A DNA stretch of 64,000 bases from the human T2T-CHM13v2.0 reference genome, Homo sapiens (GCF_009914755.1 NC_060942.1); one strand, 5' to 3'. Numbered from the stretch's first letter, positions 14,370 to 27,994 are shown. The notes: a model not told the origin generated them from the letters alone. A program made the numbers and translations.

Positions 14370-15896
14370 CAGAACTACCCTTAGATATAGGCAACTGGGC
14401 AGGGCCCCACACTTAATGACCCCTCAGGTGCTTGGGGCCAGCCAGAGCCAGCAGTGCCATGTGAATGGGGTGCCCAGAGTCTGCAACAGGACACACATGG
14501 ACCTCAGTCCTGGATTTTGGACTTTCTCTGGGCACTCTCCAAACCTCTCCCCTACACATTGGGTTGACCAGATGCCCTGAGGAGCTCAAACACTGACATC
14601 TCTGGGTTTATCCCTGAGACAGGACCAGATTCCAGAAAGGCAGGTTGCCAAGCATATCGCTCTGGGTCTCTGGCCTGTGATTTCTTTCACAAGATTGCGT
14701 GAGAATGGACCACAAAAACAGTGCTTCCATGCTGATTTGGGGGAAACCACAATCATGTCAGATTCAGGCCAAGTCAAGACCCTGGGCTATGAATTCCCAG
14801 CCAAACTTGAGCCGTGTGTGTAGACCCGTGTGTGATTCTGGCCTATCCATATTCTGATCTCCATGTTGCCTCCAGTCTACAGCACCTGGGTGTGGCAATG
14901 TGACCATAGGCATCCTTTACCCAGTGTGCTGCTGCGGCTGGCACCCGGGTCCCCCAACTGCTATACAGGCTCCATGTCACATGTCAGGCAGTCTTAGGGG
15001 TGGCTGCAGTTGTCTTCTCCCAGGGCTTCTAAGGACTTTTTTAATCCATAATTTTATCTTGTTTCTGACACACAATGGTTGTTTCTATACAGACTTTCAA
15101 AGATGTGCTAGAGGAGGAAGGAGCATTTCTAACTCCGTGGGATTACTCTTCTCACTCTGCCCATGGTCTCTGACTTGTGGACCCTACTGGTGGTATATGG
15201 ATGGCAGTTCACATTCAGGAATGCAGTGATTACGGAGTACAAGAGTAGTTAGAAGATGCTAAAACATGTGTGTCCTATGATTACACTATAATATTCTGAA
15301 TGGTAAATTTTACATGATCAGAAAAACTATTGTTCATTTTTTTCTGCATACATGAGGTAAGACTTGCCTTTGTGTTCATCTTGAATGAAACACAGTAGGA
15401 ACTTTTATTTATCAGAGTCATACACAGGAAGCCAAAATTCCCAGGTGGCATAAGGGATGATGCTGCATCATGAGTAATAATGTGACCGACATTAAGTAAA
15501 TTGTATCAGGGAACTATGAAACAACTATGAACACAAGATCTGTGCCACTTCAATACAGACAAGTCCTAAAGAACCATGGCATTTTGAGAAATAGCAGCAT
15601 TACCACCCTTTGCTCATGGTAGGAGATGTGATATTAGCCAAGAGGCGATGTACTTGACAATAAAGTGTATGAAGAAATGGTCCCTGAAAACTTCACCTGC
15701 ACTAGATGGATAATAAACAGATATATAAATACTTCTTTCCTACCCATTGTTTTTTATCATCATCAATAAATCTCTATACCCAGTGAATTTACATAGTCAT
15801 GCATTTTATAATATACTTCAAAAATAAAAGTTTATATAGACAAAGTCCTACCAAAAAAATTTGCCTGAAGGCTTGCATACACTAGTAGTGGCCCTG
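14370..15896 (+). mobile_element. hAT-Tip100 DNA transposon fossil (Zaphod/MER115-like)
   Basis: Imperfect terminal inverted repeats CAGAACTACCCTTAG ... CTAGTAGTGGCCCTG, a GC-rich left subterminal region (taggcaactgggcagggcccc) and an AT-rich interior. TSD not recognisable. Confidence 0.55.
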
Positions 15897-16109
15897 ACGT
15901 CCTAAATTTGAAAAATATTTTGAACTATATCCTTATGCAATGCAAAAACCGCTAGTCAGTGTTTGTCCAGTTTCATCAATGTCAAGTACACTGCTAAGAA
16001 GCTCATAAAATCATCAATCAAACCATTATATTTTGGGTAAGTTCTCAGTTGTAAAAACATTCCTTCTAACATTGAATCAAAATCTATCTGTGCATTATAT
16101 TCCTACAAG

Positions 16110-16803
16110 AGTGGACTTCCATTCTCACTGTACATCAAAACACTTGAGAACTTTAAAAAAAAATCAGTTGACCAGGCTCATGCCTCAGTGATTTGGTTTT
16201 GTAGGGGAAAAGAAATACCTTTTTTTTTTTTTTCGCCCATTGCTAGGCTCATGGCTGAGGCCCCTGTAACAAAAGACAGACTAACAAGAAAATATGAAAT
16301 TCATTTAATACAAATTTTATGTGGTGCAGGAGCCTTCAGAAATAAAGACTCAAAGGAAAGGGAAACCGGTGTATTTTTATTCTAAGTTTCACAAAGAAGT
16401 AGATAGTTGTGGAGAAAGAGGTTTGGATAAAGGAAGTTTGATGTAGTGGTAATAAACCGGGAGAATTTAGCAAGGCCTGATTGTTCAGATTCTTTTCTGT
16501 GTTCCTCCCTGTGTCTTCAAAGCTAAGGACAATTCTTTCCTTCAGGTATAGAGTGGACCCCACTCCTATCACAGTCTTGTGACCTTCTTCAGAGGAAAGT
16601 CAGATAATTCTTCTATAGCCTCTTCAGGGTAGAAGGGAGAGAGGACAAAAAGACCTTCCTGCTTCTACTGCTTTCTCAAATACCAACGTTCCATATTTAG
16701 GGGTAGCATGTCCTGAACCCCATTAGTTTCACTTGGTTTGGGTGGAACCAAGATGCTGGTATGTTTAGAAGGTTCTATTGGTGATTCTAATGTATAGCCA
16801 AAG
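16110..16803. mobile_element. MER5-type hAT-Charlie MITE split by an LTR (parts about 16110-16199 and 16726-16803)
   Basis: Degenerate MER5 motifs (catcaaaacacttgagaacttt; ggtgattctaatgtatagcca) flank the LTR. Confidence 0.55.
16200..16725 (-). mobile_element. ERV1 solo LTR, MER34-family-like
   Basis: Minus-strand start t(a)atggggttcaggacatgctacccctaaatatgg, ending ...cccctaca. 4-bp TSD GTTT at 16196-16199 and 16726-16729. Confidence 0.8.
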
Positions 16804-16807
16804 CTCT

Positions 16808-16990
16808 AGTGGTTCTTACCCCTGGCTCCATGATAAGATTACCTAATGACCTTTAAACATGTATCAGCATCCAGGCCCTACCTAAGACTAACTAAATCAG
16901 AATTTCAAGAGATGGGGCTCAAAGCCTGGTGATTTGTAATTTTCTAAAATATCAGATAATCCTAACCTGCAATGAGTGCTGAGAATTACT
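16808..16990. mobile_element. MER5B-like MITE
   Basis: agtggttctt...ccaggccctacc...aaatcagaattt...gagaattact matches the MER5 layout. Confidence 0.6.
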
Positions 16991-18819
16991 TTTATGGTGC
17001 AATTCCAGCAGGTGCTTTTATCTCTAGGTGGTGAAAAAGCACAATCTCATGTTTCCAAAGCGAGTAATTCCTTTGAAACAGACACAAACTTACTTGCAAA
17101 TCTCGTTAAATGCCAATATTTGTTACGTTTGATCTAAAAATATTATGGTTCTTGTGATGTGTAACCACAAAATTCACCAGCTTTTAATGAATTTGGTTCA
17201 TTATTTGCATGGAACTGTCCACATTCTCTAGAAAAGTAGAATAATTCTAATTTCATGTATGTTGTTACTCATCCATAAATGGACCCTATAAGCATCTGCA
17301 GACACTTTTGGAAATGTATAACAAGGAGATTCAGGAATATGCTAGGCAAGTTTCTACAGCCCCTTTCATTCCTAAAGGAAGAAACTTTTATGTGGTACAG
17401 GAGCCTTCAGAAATAAAGACCCAAAGAAAAGGGAAACCCCCTCTAAGATCAGAACTGCAAGATTACCCTCCAGCAGGTGGGAGTCAAAACAGGCTAACCG
17501 ATAAGCAAAAAAGAGAACTGGCAGGCTTCAGAGGAACGCAACCAAATCTCAGACTTGTGTTTATCCAATCGATAAATGCCACAGCTCTTGAACAGCTGTT
17601 GTTTAAATTCATTTCTCTGTGGCAGAACAAAAGGAGCGTAATGAAAGCAATGCTATTAGAGAACTCATTAGAGTCAGTAAGGAGAAAGCAGACTTTAAGA
17701 TAATCATTCTTAAGAGAGACAACATTCAGAGCATCTTTTGGTTCACAATACTATCAGTAGGCAGTACGGTGGTTAGGCAAAGCCAATTGCTTTTTCTGTA
17801 GAAAGATTACAGAAAGGAGAACGATCAATAGATCCATGGCAGAAAATCACCCTGGTTTGTGCAACCCTTTCGTTGGATCTTTTGTTGCTAATTCGCTTTT
17901 GGTAATATGAATCTCCTCTAGTGCCTTTCAGTGTTAGCATTCTAGGAGCAGTTAGCCAAGCAGAAAGGCCACAGATCAAGTCTATTGTCTGCTGGCAAAG
18001 GCTCCATTGAACCCTAATGGACATAGGAATCTAGCAAAACAAAGAATCCTTAGTGTCTTGTTCAAATGAATCCTACATCAGAGAAGGCCAAGGGAGCCCT
18101 TTGATTATCTGAAAAGGTAGTGATTAGAGGGTAGAAGGTGAACCTATTATGAACAAAAAAAAAAAAAAGAAAGAAAGAAAGAATGTAAGAATAAAAGAAA
18201 GAAGAAATGAAACTTCTCTACTTGCAATGTTTCCTTAAGGATGTATTGGCCAAAATGTGAAAGAAAGCTTAAAGTTTCTTTGTATAGTGTTCTGTAGTAC
18301 CCGTAGTTTACTCAAATGCAGAAATTTGCTATCCATTGTTCTAGAAGAGAAGCTACTTGCATTAGTCTTTCAAGCTTTTTTAGGTAGGTCATATTTGTGA
18401 CAAGTGAGAGGAGGAAGAGAACACTCAGCTTTGTTGTACAAGTGGTTAGTTTTTAATGCATATGACTTCCAGAAATCAAATGATCTTTTCTCTAAAATCT
18501 CAAGCATCCATGTTTTAGTTTGAATTTGTAATCTCTGCTTTGGTTTTGCCCTTATTTCCTCCCCTACCCCTAAAAATCCTCTCTACTGATTGGGACCCTT
18601 TCACTATTGTTTGGTGCTTTCCTGATTAGAGTCAGGCTGCAAACAAAGAACTGGGTGCTGTAATGGCCAAAAAACAGTAGAGTAGAAGGCACTGAACCAC
18701 TGAAATTAAGGGAAATGAAGGTAAACATAAGTTATCTTAACCTCCAGAAAGGGAAGTTGAACATCCCAGAAGTGTTTGCTCAAGCTGTTGCATCAACACA
18801 AATAGAAATCATCATGCAC

Positions 18820-18995
18820 ACCATTGACTGAATACTTACCATATGCCAATAAAGAGCAAACTCATTGAATATCCTCATAACTATCCTGAAGGATAGAAAC
18901 AGTTAGTTTTATTACTTTACAAGTGACAAAATTGAAGCTACAAGAGCATCAGTGACTTCCTAAAGTCATGTAACAACTAAGTAGAACAATGACTG
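18820..18995 (-). mobile_element. MIR SINE
   Basis: Core motif ttttacaagtgacaaaattgaagctacaagag...gtgacttcctaaagtca. Confidence 0.65.
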
Positions 18996-19473
18996 GCACC
19001 CAGGCCCTATAGAGCCTTCCTGATCTTCCCTCCAACGCCTTCTCCAGATTTGTGTTTTCCTCCTCTCCATCCTACAGAGATTGTCTCCTAACCCTGTCCC
19101 TTCTGAAACTCCTACTAAGAAAAGGTCTGCCTTATTGCTGTCAGATTGTGAAATCTAGGACTTTGGTCAGAAATTAACATTTTATTCAATTGAAACATCT
19201 GGTTCCTCCTCACCAGTCCTATTTAAAATAACTCCTTATAAGGATCTTTAGAAAGAAAAGCGCAGCAAGGCAGATAATGCTTATTGCAGAGCTTTCAGTG
19301 CACCACATCAGCGCAGCTCTGGAAAAAGTGTAAGGCTTGTGTTGTTGTCTTCAGGAATAGCACACAACAAATGCAGACCTTTGGTCAGATGTAAGCAAGC
19401 GAGGAGTTTCACAGTGCTCTATCTGTGGCACGGGTGTTCTATTTGGTTCTCGTTTGATTTTTTGATTACTACT

Positions 19474-20103
19474 AAGATTGCTTGTATTAGTCCTTCTTCA
19501 TGCTGCTGATAAAGACATACCTGAGACTGGGTAATTTATAAAGAAAAAAAGGTTTACTGGACTCACAGTTCCACACGGCTGGGGAGGCCTCACAATCGTG
19601 GTGGAAGGCGAAAGGCACGTCTTACGTAGCAACAGGGAAGAGAGAACAAGAGCCAGGTGAAAGGCGAAACCTCTTATAAAACCATCAGATCTCATGAGAC
19701 TTATTCACTACCACGAGAACAGTATGGGGGAAACTGCCCCTATGAGTCAATTATCTCCCACTGGGTCCCTCCCACAACACGTGGGAATTATGGGAGCTAT
19801 AATTCAAGATGAGATTTGGGTGGGGACACAGCCAAACCATATCATTGCTAGATCTAACAAATAAAAATGCAGGATGCAGAGTTGAATGTGAATTTCAGAT
19901 CAAATATAATTGTTTAGCATAAGTAAATTTGAATTTCAGACAAATAATATCTAATATTCAATGTAAATAATTTTTAATATAAATATGGTCCATGAAATAT
20001 TTAGGACATTCATATACTAAAGAGTTATTTCTATAAAACATTATATATTGTTTATCTGAAATTCAATTACAGCTGGATATGCTATAATTTTTCTGGCAAG
20101 TGT
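19474..20103. mobile_element. MER53 palindromic hAT MITE, interrupted at its left end by THE1
   Basis: ttgctagatctaacaaataaaaatgcaggatg...tgaatttcagat...catgaaatatttaggaca...tttatctgaaattcaa...tctggcaa matches the MER53 palindrome. Confidence 0.8.
19483..19844 (-). mobile_element. THE1 (MaLR) solo LTR (THE1B/C-like)
   Basis: Minus-strand start tgatatggtttggctgtgtccccacccaaatctcatcttgaatt, end ctaataca, 362 bp. 5-bp TSD TTGCT at 19478-19482 and 19845-19849. Confidence 0.95.
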
Positions 20104-20379
20104 AGGCCTTGCTATGATGAGTCTTCGTATGATACACGGAACCTAGGATGGTCTATATGTGTAATTAGATCTTGTTTTTAAAATACAAAAAAAATTAAGA
20201 CTCATGGTAAGATGGGTGCATATTTATTTACAATCTATTCTATGTTCCATTATGAGAAAATGAAAGGGCATGTCAGTTGGTGCCACATTTTCTTTGTAAT
20301 TTTATTGTGATTTCACTGTAACTTGGTGGTCATTTCATTGATATTTCACTATATCAATTTTGGTGAAATATTTTCATTT

Positions 20380-20630
20380 TTCATTCATTCATTTTCTCAA
20401 CAACCACTTATTGAGTGCTAACTATGGGCAAGCCATTTGACTCATTCTTTGGGGATTCAAAAAGGAACATGAGCCTGACATTACCTTTAAGAAATCTACT
20501 GTTCCACAGGAAATAGAAGAGGCAAAACTAAGTGCATAATATAAGGCAACATTAAAAAAAAAACTCCATTAAAATAGTGTAAGTTCCTGAGAATTCAGAG
20601 AAGGAAAACATCACTCTTGTCTGAAGTTAG
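20380..20630 (-). mobile_element. L2 3' fragment
   Basis: tcattcattc...caaccactttattgagtgctaactatgggcaagcca is a typical antisense L2 tail. Confidence 0.6.
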
Positions 20631-20886
20631 GGGCAGGGTAGGGTAGGGATGAATAGTCCTCCTATCAGGTCATGTGGAAAAAGAAAAAAGTTGTAGTCAG
20701 TAATCAGTGTTTAAAATTCAGTCACTTTAGAATGTATTCACTTTTGTTACCCAATATTTTACAACAATGACACTTTCATATATTAATGTTTGTAATATAA
20801 TAATTATTTTTAAAGTAAAGAATGGCCAATACCCTCAGTCACCTTTTGATGGGCCTTTGTTGTTTTGCCTGGGTAGTTTTATTTTT

Positions 20887-21187
20887 TTTATTTTATTTTT
20901 TTTTTTGAGACAGAGTCTCACTGTGTCACCCAGGCTGGAGTGCAGTGGCACCATCTCGGCTCACTACAACCTCTGCCTCCCTAGTTCAAGCGATTCGCCA
21001 GCCTCAGCCTCCTGAATAGCTGGGATTACAGGCGCCTGCCACCACCACACCCAGCTAATTTTTGTATTTTTGGTAGAGACAGGGTTTCACCATTTTGGCC
21101 AGGCTAGTCTCGAACTCCTGACCTCAATCTGCCCGCCTCGGCCTCCCAAAGTGCTGGGATTACAGGCATGAGCTATTGTGCCCCGCA
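20887..21187 (-). mobile_element. AluS SINE
   Basis: Full dimeric Alu with poly-T. TSD GGT(A/G)GTTTTATTTTT at 20872-20886 and 21188-21202. Confidence 0.97.
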
Positions 21188-23445
21188 GGTGGTTTTATTT
21201 TTAATGTTGCTAGTAGTTAGCCTTAAGTACACATTAGTAAGCTTCACCATGTTTTCTCACTTTGCCAGGACCAACAAACACCATTTTCACATTTAGGTAT
21301 TAACTCTATTCTACTTTCTCAGTGCCTCACCTAGGAAAACTTATTTATTTTCTCAGGGCCTGTTTTTCGTTTATTTGATTTTACAAATATAATGTAAATA
21401 TCTGTATAATATGACTCCTATATTCCCACCAGGAATAATAATGACTGCAGTGCCTGCGGGAGACTTCAATCTCCTTAGGGTTTCTAAAATACCAAGAGCT
21501 ATTCCGAATAGCTCAGCCCAGCTGCGACACATTCCTCAGATTGGTGGTAGTTTTGAAGAGCTGCTGGCCAGATATTTCAACTTGCAAACTCCCCAACTTG
21601 CAAAGCTGCTGCTGTTTGCACTTTAGCTCTGGGTCTTGAAGTTCTGCCTCTTCGTGCTTATTGGGTTTACACTGTGTGAACCAGGACTGCAGAGGAAAAT
21701 TGCTGCTGTTCTCATTATTGCATGTCTGGATTTGGGCTCCAGCTGACATGTTTATTTGGTTTGTTGACTTCAGCCCTGGAATTCATTTCTTTCTGCTCTC
21801 TTCAATTATTACTACTTCCTTTTGTTTATATAGCTCCAAGAGACTCAAAGATATGCCCAGGTAATTAATTCTTTCAGCATCCTCTCCTAATAGAGAAGAT
21901 CATTTCATGAATATCAAGAATAGCCAAGCAATGTTCATCAATTTTTGTGTTTACCTTTCATTTCCTCCAATCCCATCAATGTTTCAATGCAAACCATTCC
22001 CTGAAAACTAAGGGTAAAGCTAATATGCAAACTAGTCATTTACTTCAAAATATCATTTTCCTGCCATGGTTAAACCATCTGTGGGGGATGGTCAATGAGC
22101 TTCGCCTGGAAGCCTCTGGGAGAAACCCCAGTTATTCCACTTTCCTCTACGGGACATTTTTTTCCTTATTATTCAACAAGAATGAGACATAATCACATCA
22201 GTCTACAGCTTCAATTTCAGCAAACTATTTTTTTGGCTTCAGTGTTATTATAGGTTAAATTGTAAGTATTTTGCATGAAGGAATTGTCAGTATTTGTCTT
22301 CCAATTAACTGATAAAGCCCCTTGGAATTTCACTGTAACATGTCAGAGGCCTTAGCTGGAAAACCATCGTTGGATGTCAAGTTTAATATGGTTGCTCAGT
22401 GACAGTTGGGATTACCCTGTGTTCCAGCACAATTCCAACTGAGAAATATTTGTCATGTTTAATTGACAATTTAGTGTTATAATTATGTATTAAGTATATT
22501 TACTCCACTCAAGCATTAAGGTAAGTAAATACTAGTCTTTTCCCCTCACAAGACTTTGGGAAAATCATGCTAGATATTTCATTATCTACTTACAGAGAGA
22601 TTGTCTGTAACCACATAACTCTGCCTTTTGGGAATGGCATCTCTTACATTTTATGTATGTGATCAGTGTCAGAGCAGCATGGATTGCTACTTGGGATCCA
22701 TCAAAGGAGGACCAGCCTCAGACCCCTTCTCTGCTTAAGAAACAGAGCCTGATCTTGATCCTAAAGACATCTGTTTAGGATTACCTAATATATTTAAATG
22801 CTCCCCTGTTGGCCTCCAATTTTTTGCATAATCCTGTACAATTCTTATCTCCCAAAGGTGCCACTCTTGCTTAGAATGAGATAGAGTATCTGCCTGACTA
22901 GAGATTTATGCCTGAGAATTGTGAATTCTTCCTTGTAGAAGTTTGGGTTCTTTTTTTTCAGCATTTATACTGAGTGTTACAGAAAAAGAGAATAAGGGAA
23001 AGGAGTGACACATGATTCTTTTCCATTGTCTTCTATTATCTCTTCTATTTTTAAAATTGCATCTTTTCTCCTGGGAAATGCCTTATTTGCATGGCTGTGT
23101 GGCTATGCAGAAGTCAGGCTGGAGTAAGAAGTGGTAGTTTCTATAGACTGGGTGAAGGTCCCTGCAGTGCACCAGTTTTGTTTTTTTTTTTTCTGTACCA
23201 AGATAAAAATAACGTTTCTTTATCTTTGTGAGTGACTGAATAGGGTTGAGGTTCTTATTCGTGGACTCTCATCTCAAAAAGCGTTCGACTGTCAGGACAG
23301 GGGTAAAGTCCCATGATTTGCTACTGCTACTGCTGACACAGCAAATAAAATGAGATAACGATGCATAAGAACTGTGCACAGTTGAAAATCATTATGGTGC
23401 AAATATTACAGTGATTATTTCCAAAGCAATAAACCCACAGCATTA

Positions 23446-23835
<390 letters not shown>

Positions 23836-24770
23836 TCATTTTCTCTCCTTCCCTCTACTGACTCCATCCTCACACAAAAATACATCCATTCCAGCCATTA
23901 GCGCTTGCAGTAATTCTAGGATTTGCTTTGCTGAACCTATTCAAAATGCAAACACTGTTGAGAGCAGCAAGACCCTGTGTAAGCTACCATGTATCAGCTC
24001 AAATTATTTTACAATATCTGGTAGAAGAAGTGTGAGTAAATTAAGAAGAGGTGCTCTAGTACTCTAAATTGAGCTGGGTACTCAGGAGGAAGAGTTACGG
24101 AGCATCTGCAACCTAAGAGCTGGGCAGCTCTTCAGAAGCTCCTGTGGGGGTATCTGGAGACTTAGGTCAATTCTGAGCCCAGAGTGAGTGGTAAAGGGGA
24201 AGAGGGGCAAGATAGAAAAAAAGAGGCCAAAGGAGGTAAATGAGTTACAAGGGACACTGAAATAGGCTTCCCTCTATTCACAAGTAACCCTGGTGCTGGG
24301 AGTCTCTGAGTATCTCATTAAGAATCCGCAGGCCAATGGCAAAATGTGTAACCATTTTCCCTTACATTTTGAGACCTCTTAAGTGAGTCAGCTGCAATAT
24401 AAATCTTTATTTCTGTAAAAATGCACTGTTAAGAAAATATTACTATGTATCATCTGGTGATCTAACTGCTAGAACTGGGAATTAATCAGAGGGAAACAAT
24501 CACCCCTGGAAGGCTTTGCTGCTGACTAAATATGTGTAAGATAAAATTAGTACAAATGGGTAACAAGAAATGATTTCCATATTTTACTGACAAGTAATAT
24601 TAGGAATCATTATCTTAATGTTTTATGAACTTCTGGTATCATCAAATGACATTCTCAAGTAATATTATGATCAGGAGCAGAATTTTTCATCCCTGCATGA
24701 CATAAGCAGAGAGGTTCTGTAGTGTTCAATCATATATAGATAAAGATATACATGATATAGATAAAGATAC

Positions 24771-24793
24771 AGAGAGAGAAAGAGAGAGAGAGA
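24771..24793. repeat. (GA)n microsatellite, interrupted
   Basis: agagagagaaagagagagagaga. Confidence 0.85.
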
Positions 24794-25729
24794 ACAGGTT
24801 TACCTGCTTAGAGAATTATTGTTTTCTTTGTTAGGGCAGAGGAAAGAGAAATTTAAGCTTACTGTTGATAAACTCTATATATTCAGAAGGCCCTAGAAAA
24901 CCATAATCATTACCACAAATTTTCTTTTTCCAGTTAGTTTCTTTAAAATGAAAAATCTGTCTGTATAATTTAAAAAGCTGTCTGCAGCTCATACTCTGAA
25001 TGACGAAAGGGTAGGAGGCTGGAGAAAGCAAGAGTGAAAGGCTTTGTGCTTCATCCGGAATCACCCTTCTGTAAACCACTGGGCATAATTCCTCTGTAGC
25101 AGATGCTAAGGTTGTTGAATGGTTTAGAGCCTGTGCAGCCAATTGTGTGAGGAAAGACTGTGTTGACAAGACAGAAAGCGGAGCTGAAGAAGATAGGATT
25201 AAATGTGACCCACTTGCCCTCCCCTCCCACTGTCAGTGTGACTTCTATGTCTTTTGAAGGGGGACCTGTGAGTGGGACCTAAGGCCCTCCAGAGTCTAGG
25301 TGAAAAGACTGCAGCAGAACATTCTTGGTCAGGCCCAAAAGGAAGCTCAGGGATGGAGGTGGATCAAAATGACTAGTTTGCTGGAAGGAGCTTAGCTAGA
25401 GGAGATCCATGGTCCCTGATGAGAAAGCAACACCAACCTAGAGGAAATTCGGGGAGGAGGTGCTTGTCTCTCTCAACCCAGGGAGCTATGCAAGACTACA
25501 TTTCCCTAACCCCTCATGGTGGGAGCAGGTGGCCTTCGCAGCAAAGGAGACCTGGAGGCAATGAGCCTTCCTTCAGTACCTATAAAGTGGTGACAACTTG
25601 CAGGCCCACACTTCCTGCAGCCTACCGTGGGGCCATTACCTGAGAACGGAGGCATCTGGAACCAAAGTCCAAGTAAAGAATACATAGCTACAGGTGATAC
25701 ACTAGAACATGACCCCACAAATAATAAGA

Positions 25730-26130
25730 GAACCTAAAGAGATTCAGTGAAAGCATATAAGGTACCTCTGGATCTTAACAAATATGGTTTATAAATTTTA
25801 AAATTCAGTAGAAAAAAGAAAACAATAAGTCATTAACATAAAGAAATAAAATAATTCAATTGATAGGCTCAATTAAACAAATTAAATATAGAACTATAAC
25901 ATACATTAAATAGAGAATATATGTTTTTATGTATCAATAAAACAGTTATAAGAAATAATTAGATACTTGTGTATAACGGAAACTTTAACCAATTTTTCAT
26001 AACAGATATTTTTTTCCATCTGATCAAAGAAAAGTTTGGAAATCTATTATTTTAAAATGACTCAAAACATTGTAACTCCTGGAAATTAATAAACAGTCTC
26101 ACAATTAAAACAGAATAATTGAAAAAGATT
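25730..26130 (+). mobile_element. Ancient L1M ORF2 fragment
   Basis: A-rich degenerate L1 endonuclease/tether-like motifs (agagaatatatgttttt, ggaaattaataaacagtctc). Confidence 0.4.
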
Positions 26131-26419
26131 CTACAAGAAAAGGGAATTACGCAGGCAGTATTAAATTGTACCTTTCTCTTGACCTTGCCCGTGAAAGCAA
26201 TAGACAAGCAACATGTAGAGGCCAGAGTGGCTCAGAAAGTGAGGCTGCTTTCCAGAGTGAAGCAGCCTTCAGGCGGTTATCATAGGAAAAAACATGGAAT
26301 AGCACAAGGCATTCAAGCCTGCAGAACTGTTTCTTTGAGGGTGTGAGACATCTATATATGTGTTTCTTTACATTTCCATTGTTATTTTGTATGTGTTCTG
26401 AGTTGGTATTTAGTATTAG

Positions 26420-26560
26420 CCATATATAATAATATGTTTGGGGAAATATATATTATATATGGTATTGTATTATATATATGTATATGTAATATGTACAAAT
26501 TATATAATATATATGTGTATATATACATACACACATATATATACACACACACAGCTATAG
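26420..26560. repeat. (TA)/(CA)-rich low-complexity tract
   Basis: Degenerate tatata/tacaca runs. Confidence 0.8.
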
Positions 26561-26564
26561 ATAT

Positions 26565-26567
<3 letters not shown>

Positions 26568-26606
<39 letters not shown>
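26568..26606. repeat. (TG)19 perfect microsatellite
   Basis: Uninterrupted TG run. Confidence 0.97.
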
Positions 26607-26609
<3 letters not shown>

Positions 26610-27261
26610 CCGGCATGCCTTAGTGGCACTTTTGGAAGCCAAGCTATTTGAAGCCAGACTACAGAGAAAGCACTGAAGAGGGGGATAGTTCTAAATATTT
26701 AGGATCCATTTGACTATGAGGATGAGAGAAGCCCCCTTGGTAAAAGTTAAGGAGTGTGACTCAACAGCCATGTCTTCCCCTTGGAAATTTACTTCCTCAA
26801 AAATCTTGAGACTTTTGGGTCTCAAGGAAATATACTTCCTGGACCCAAAAGCCTTGAGAGATTTGTGTTGTGCTTATCTGGGAGTCTGTTCATGGCTAAA
26901 ACCAAACAAGAACCTTCATGGAAAGTCCTTTTGCTCTGTTCTTAAAGTTTGCACTTATTTTAAGTTCTTGAGGTAGTCACTTTTTTCTCCTTTTCCTCTC
27001 ATTAGCTTCAGTCATCATTTAAAACATTGTCTCTGTGACTAGTTGCTTGCTTTAGAAAAGCACCAAAATATATGACCTTTATAGAAATTACTCTTCCATT
27101 TGTCTCTGTCAAGTCTTCAAATTTAGCCACCTGCCTGCTATCACACAGATACCCAGGAAATCTTGGTCCTTCCTAAATGTATCACCCGAGTGGCTGAAAT
27201 TGCAAGTTGGCAAAAACTGGAGCAGTTGGGCACCAGAAGGAGCTTCCCTCTATAGTATGTT

Positions 27262-27574
<313 letters not shown>

Positions 27575-27994
27575 TAAGAACAAGTATAGGCAAAACTACA
27601 CCAAAAGCATTTTTCTTTGCTTTGTGCTTATGAAGCTCCATGTTAACAAATAAGGCAGATTCCCCTGAGAAATGCAAGGTCATGAAAAAGCTAACTGCCA
27701 TTATGTAGATAGATAGCCCCCAAATGTTCAGGCCACTGTCATCTAGAGAATTAATAGTCTAAGATGGACTGTCGTTAAGGTCTCCAGTCAGTTTGTATAG
27801 AGATAGGGAATAATAATATTTCATTGACATGCTATTCAGTGTCTTCTTTTTTGGTCAAATTCTTCGTTTGCCCTGTCAGGGTGTAGATGTGTGATATTCT
27901 AGACGGCTCACAGTTGGTTCCAATAAAGCCCAAACTGCCAGAAAAACATGAGTGACTTTCCACGTGGAAGTTTTCAAGGATTGTTAGTATTAGC

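Noticed and set aside
17308-17703. 131 aa ORF
   Set aside because: TTG start, includes the LTR-derived 53-bp insertion, and no recognisable protein similarity.
18832-18845. atacttacc resembling the U1 snRNA 5' end
   Set aside because: Only 9 nt match and it lies in a MIR; there is no downstream U1 sequence.
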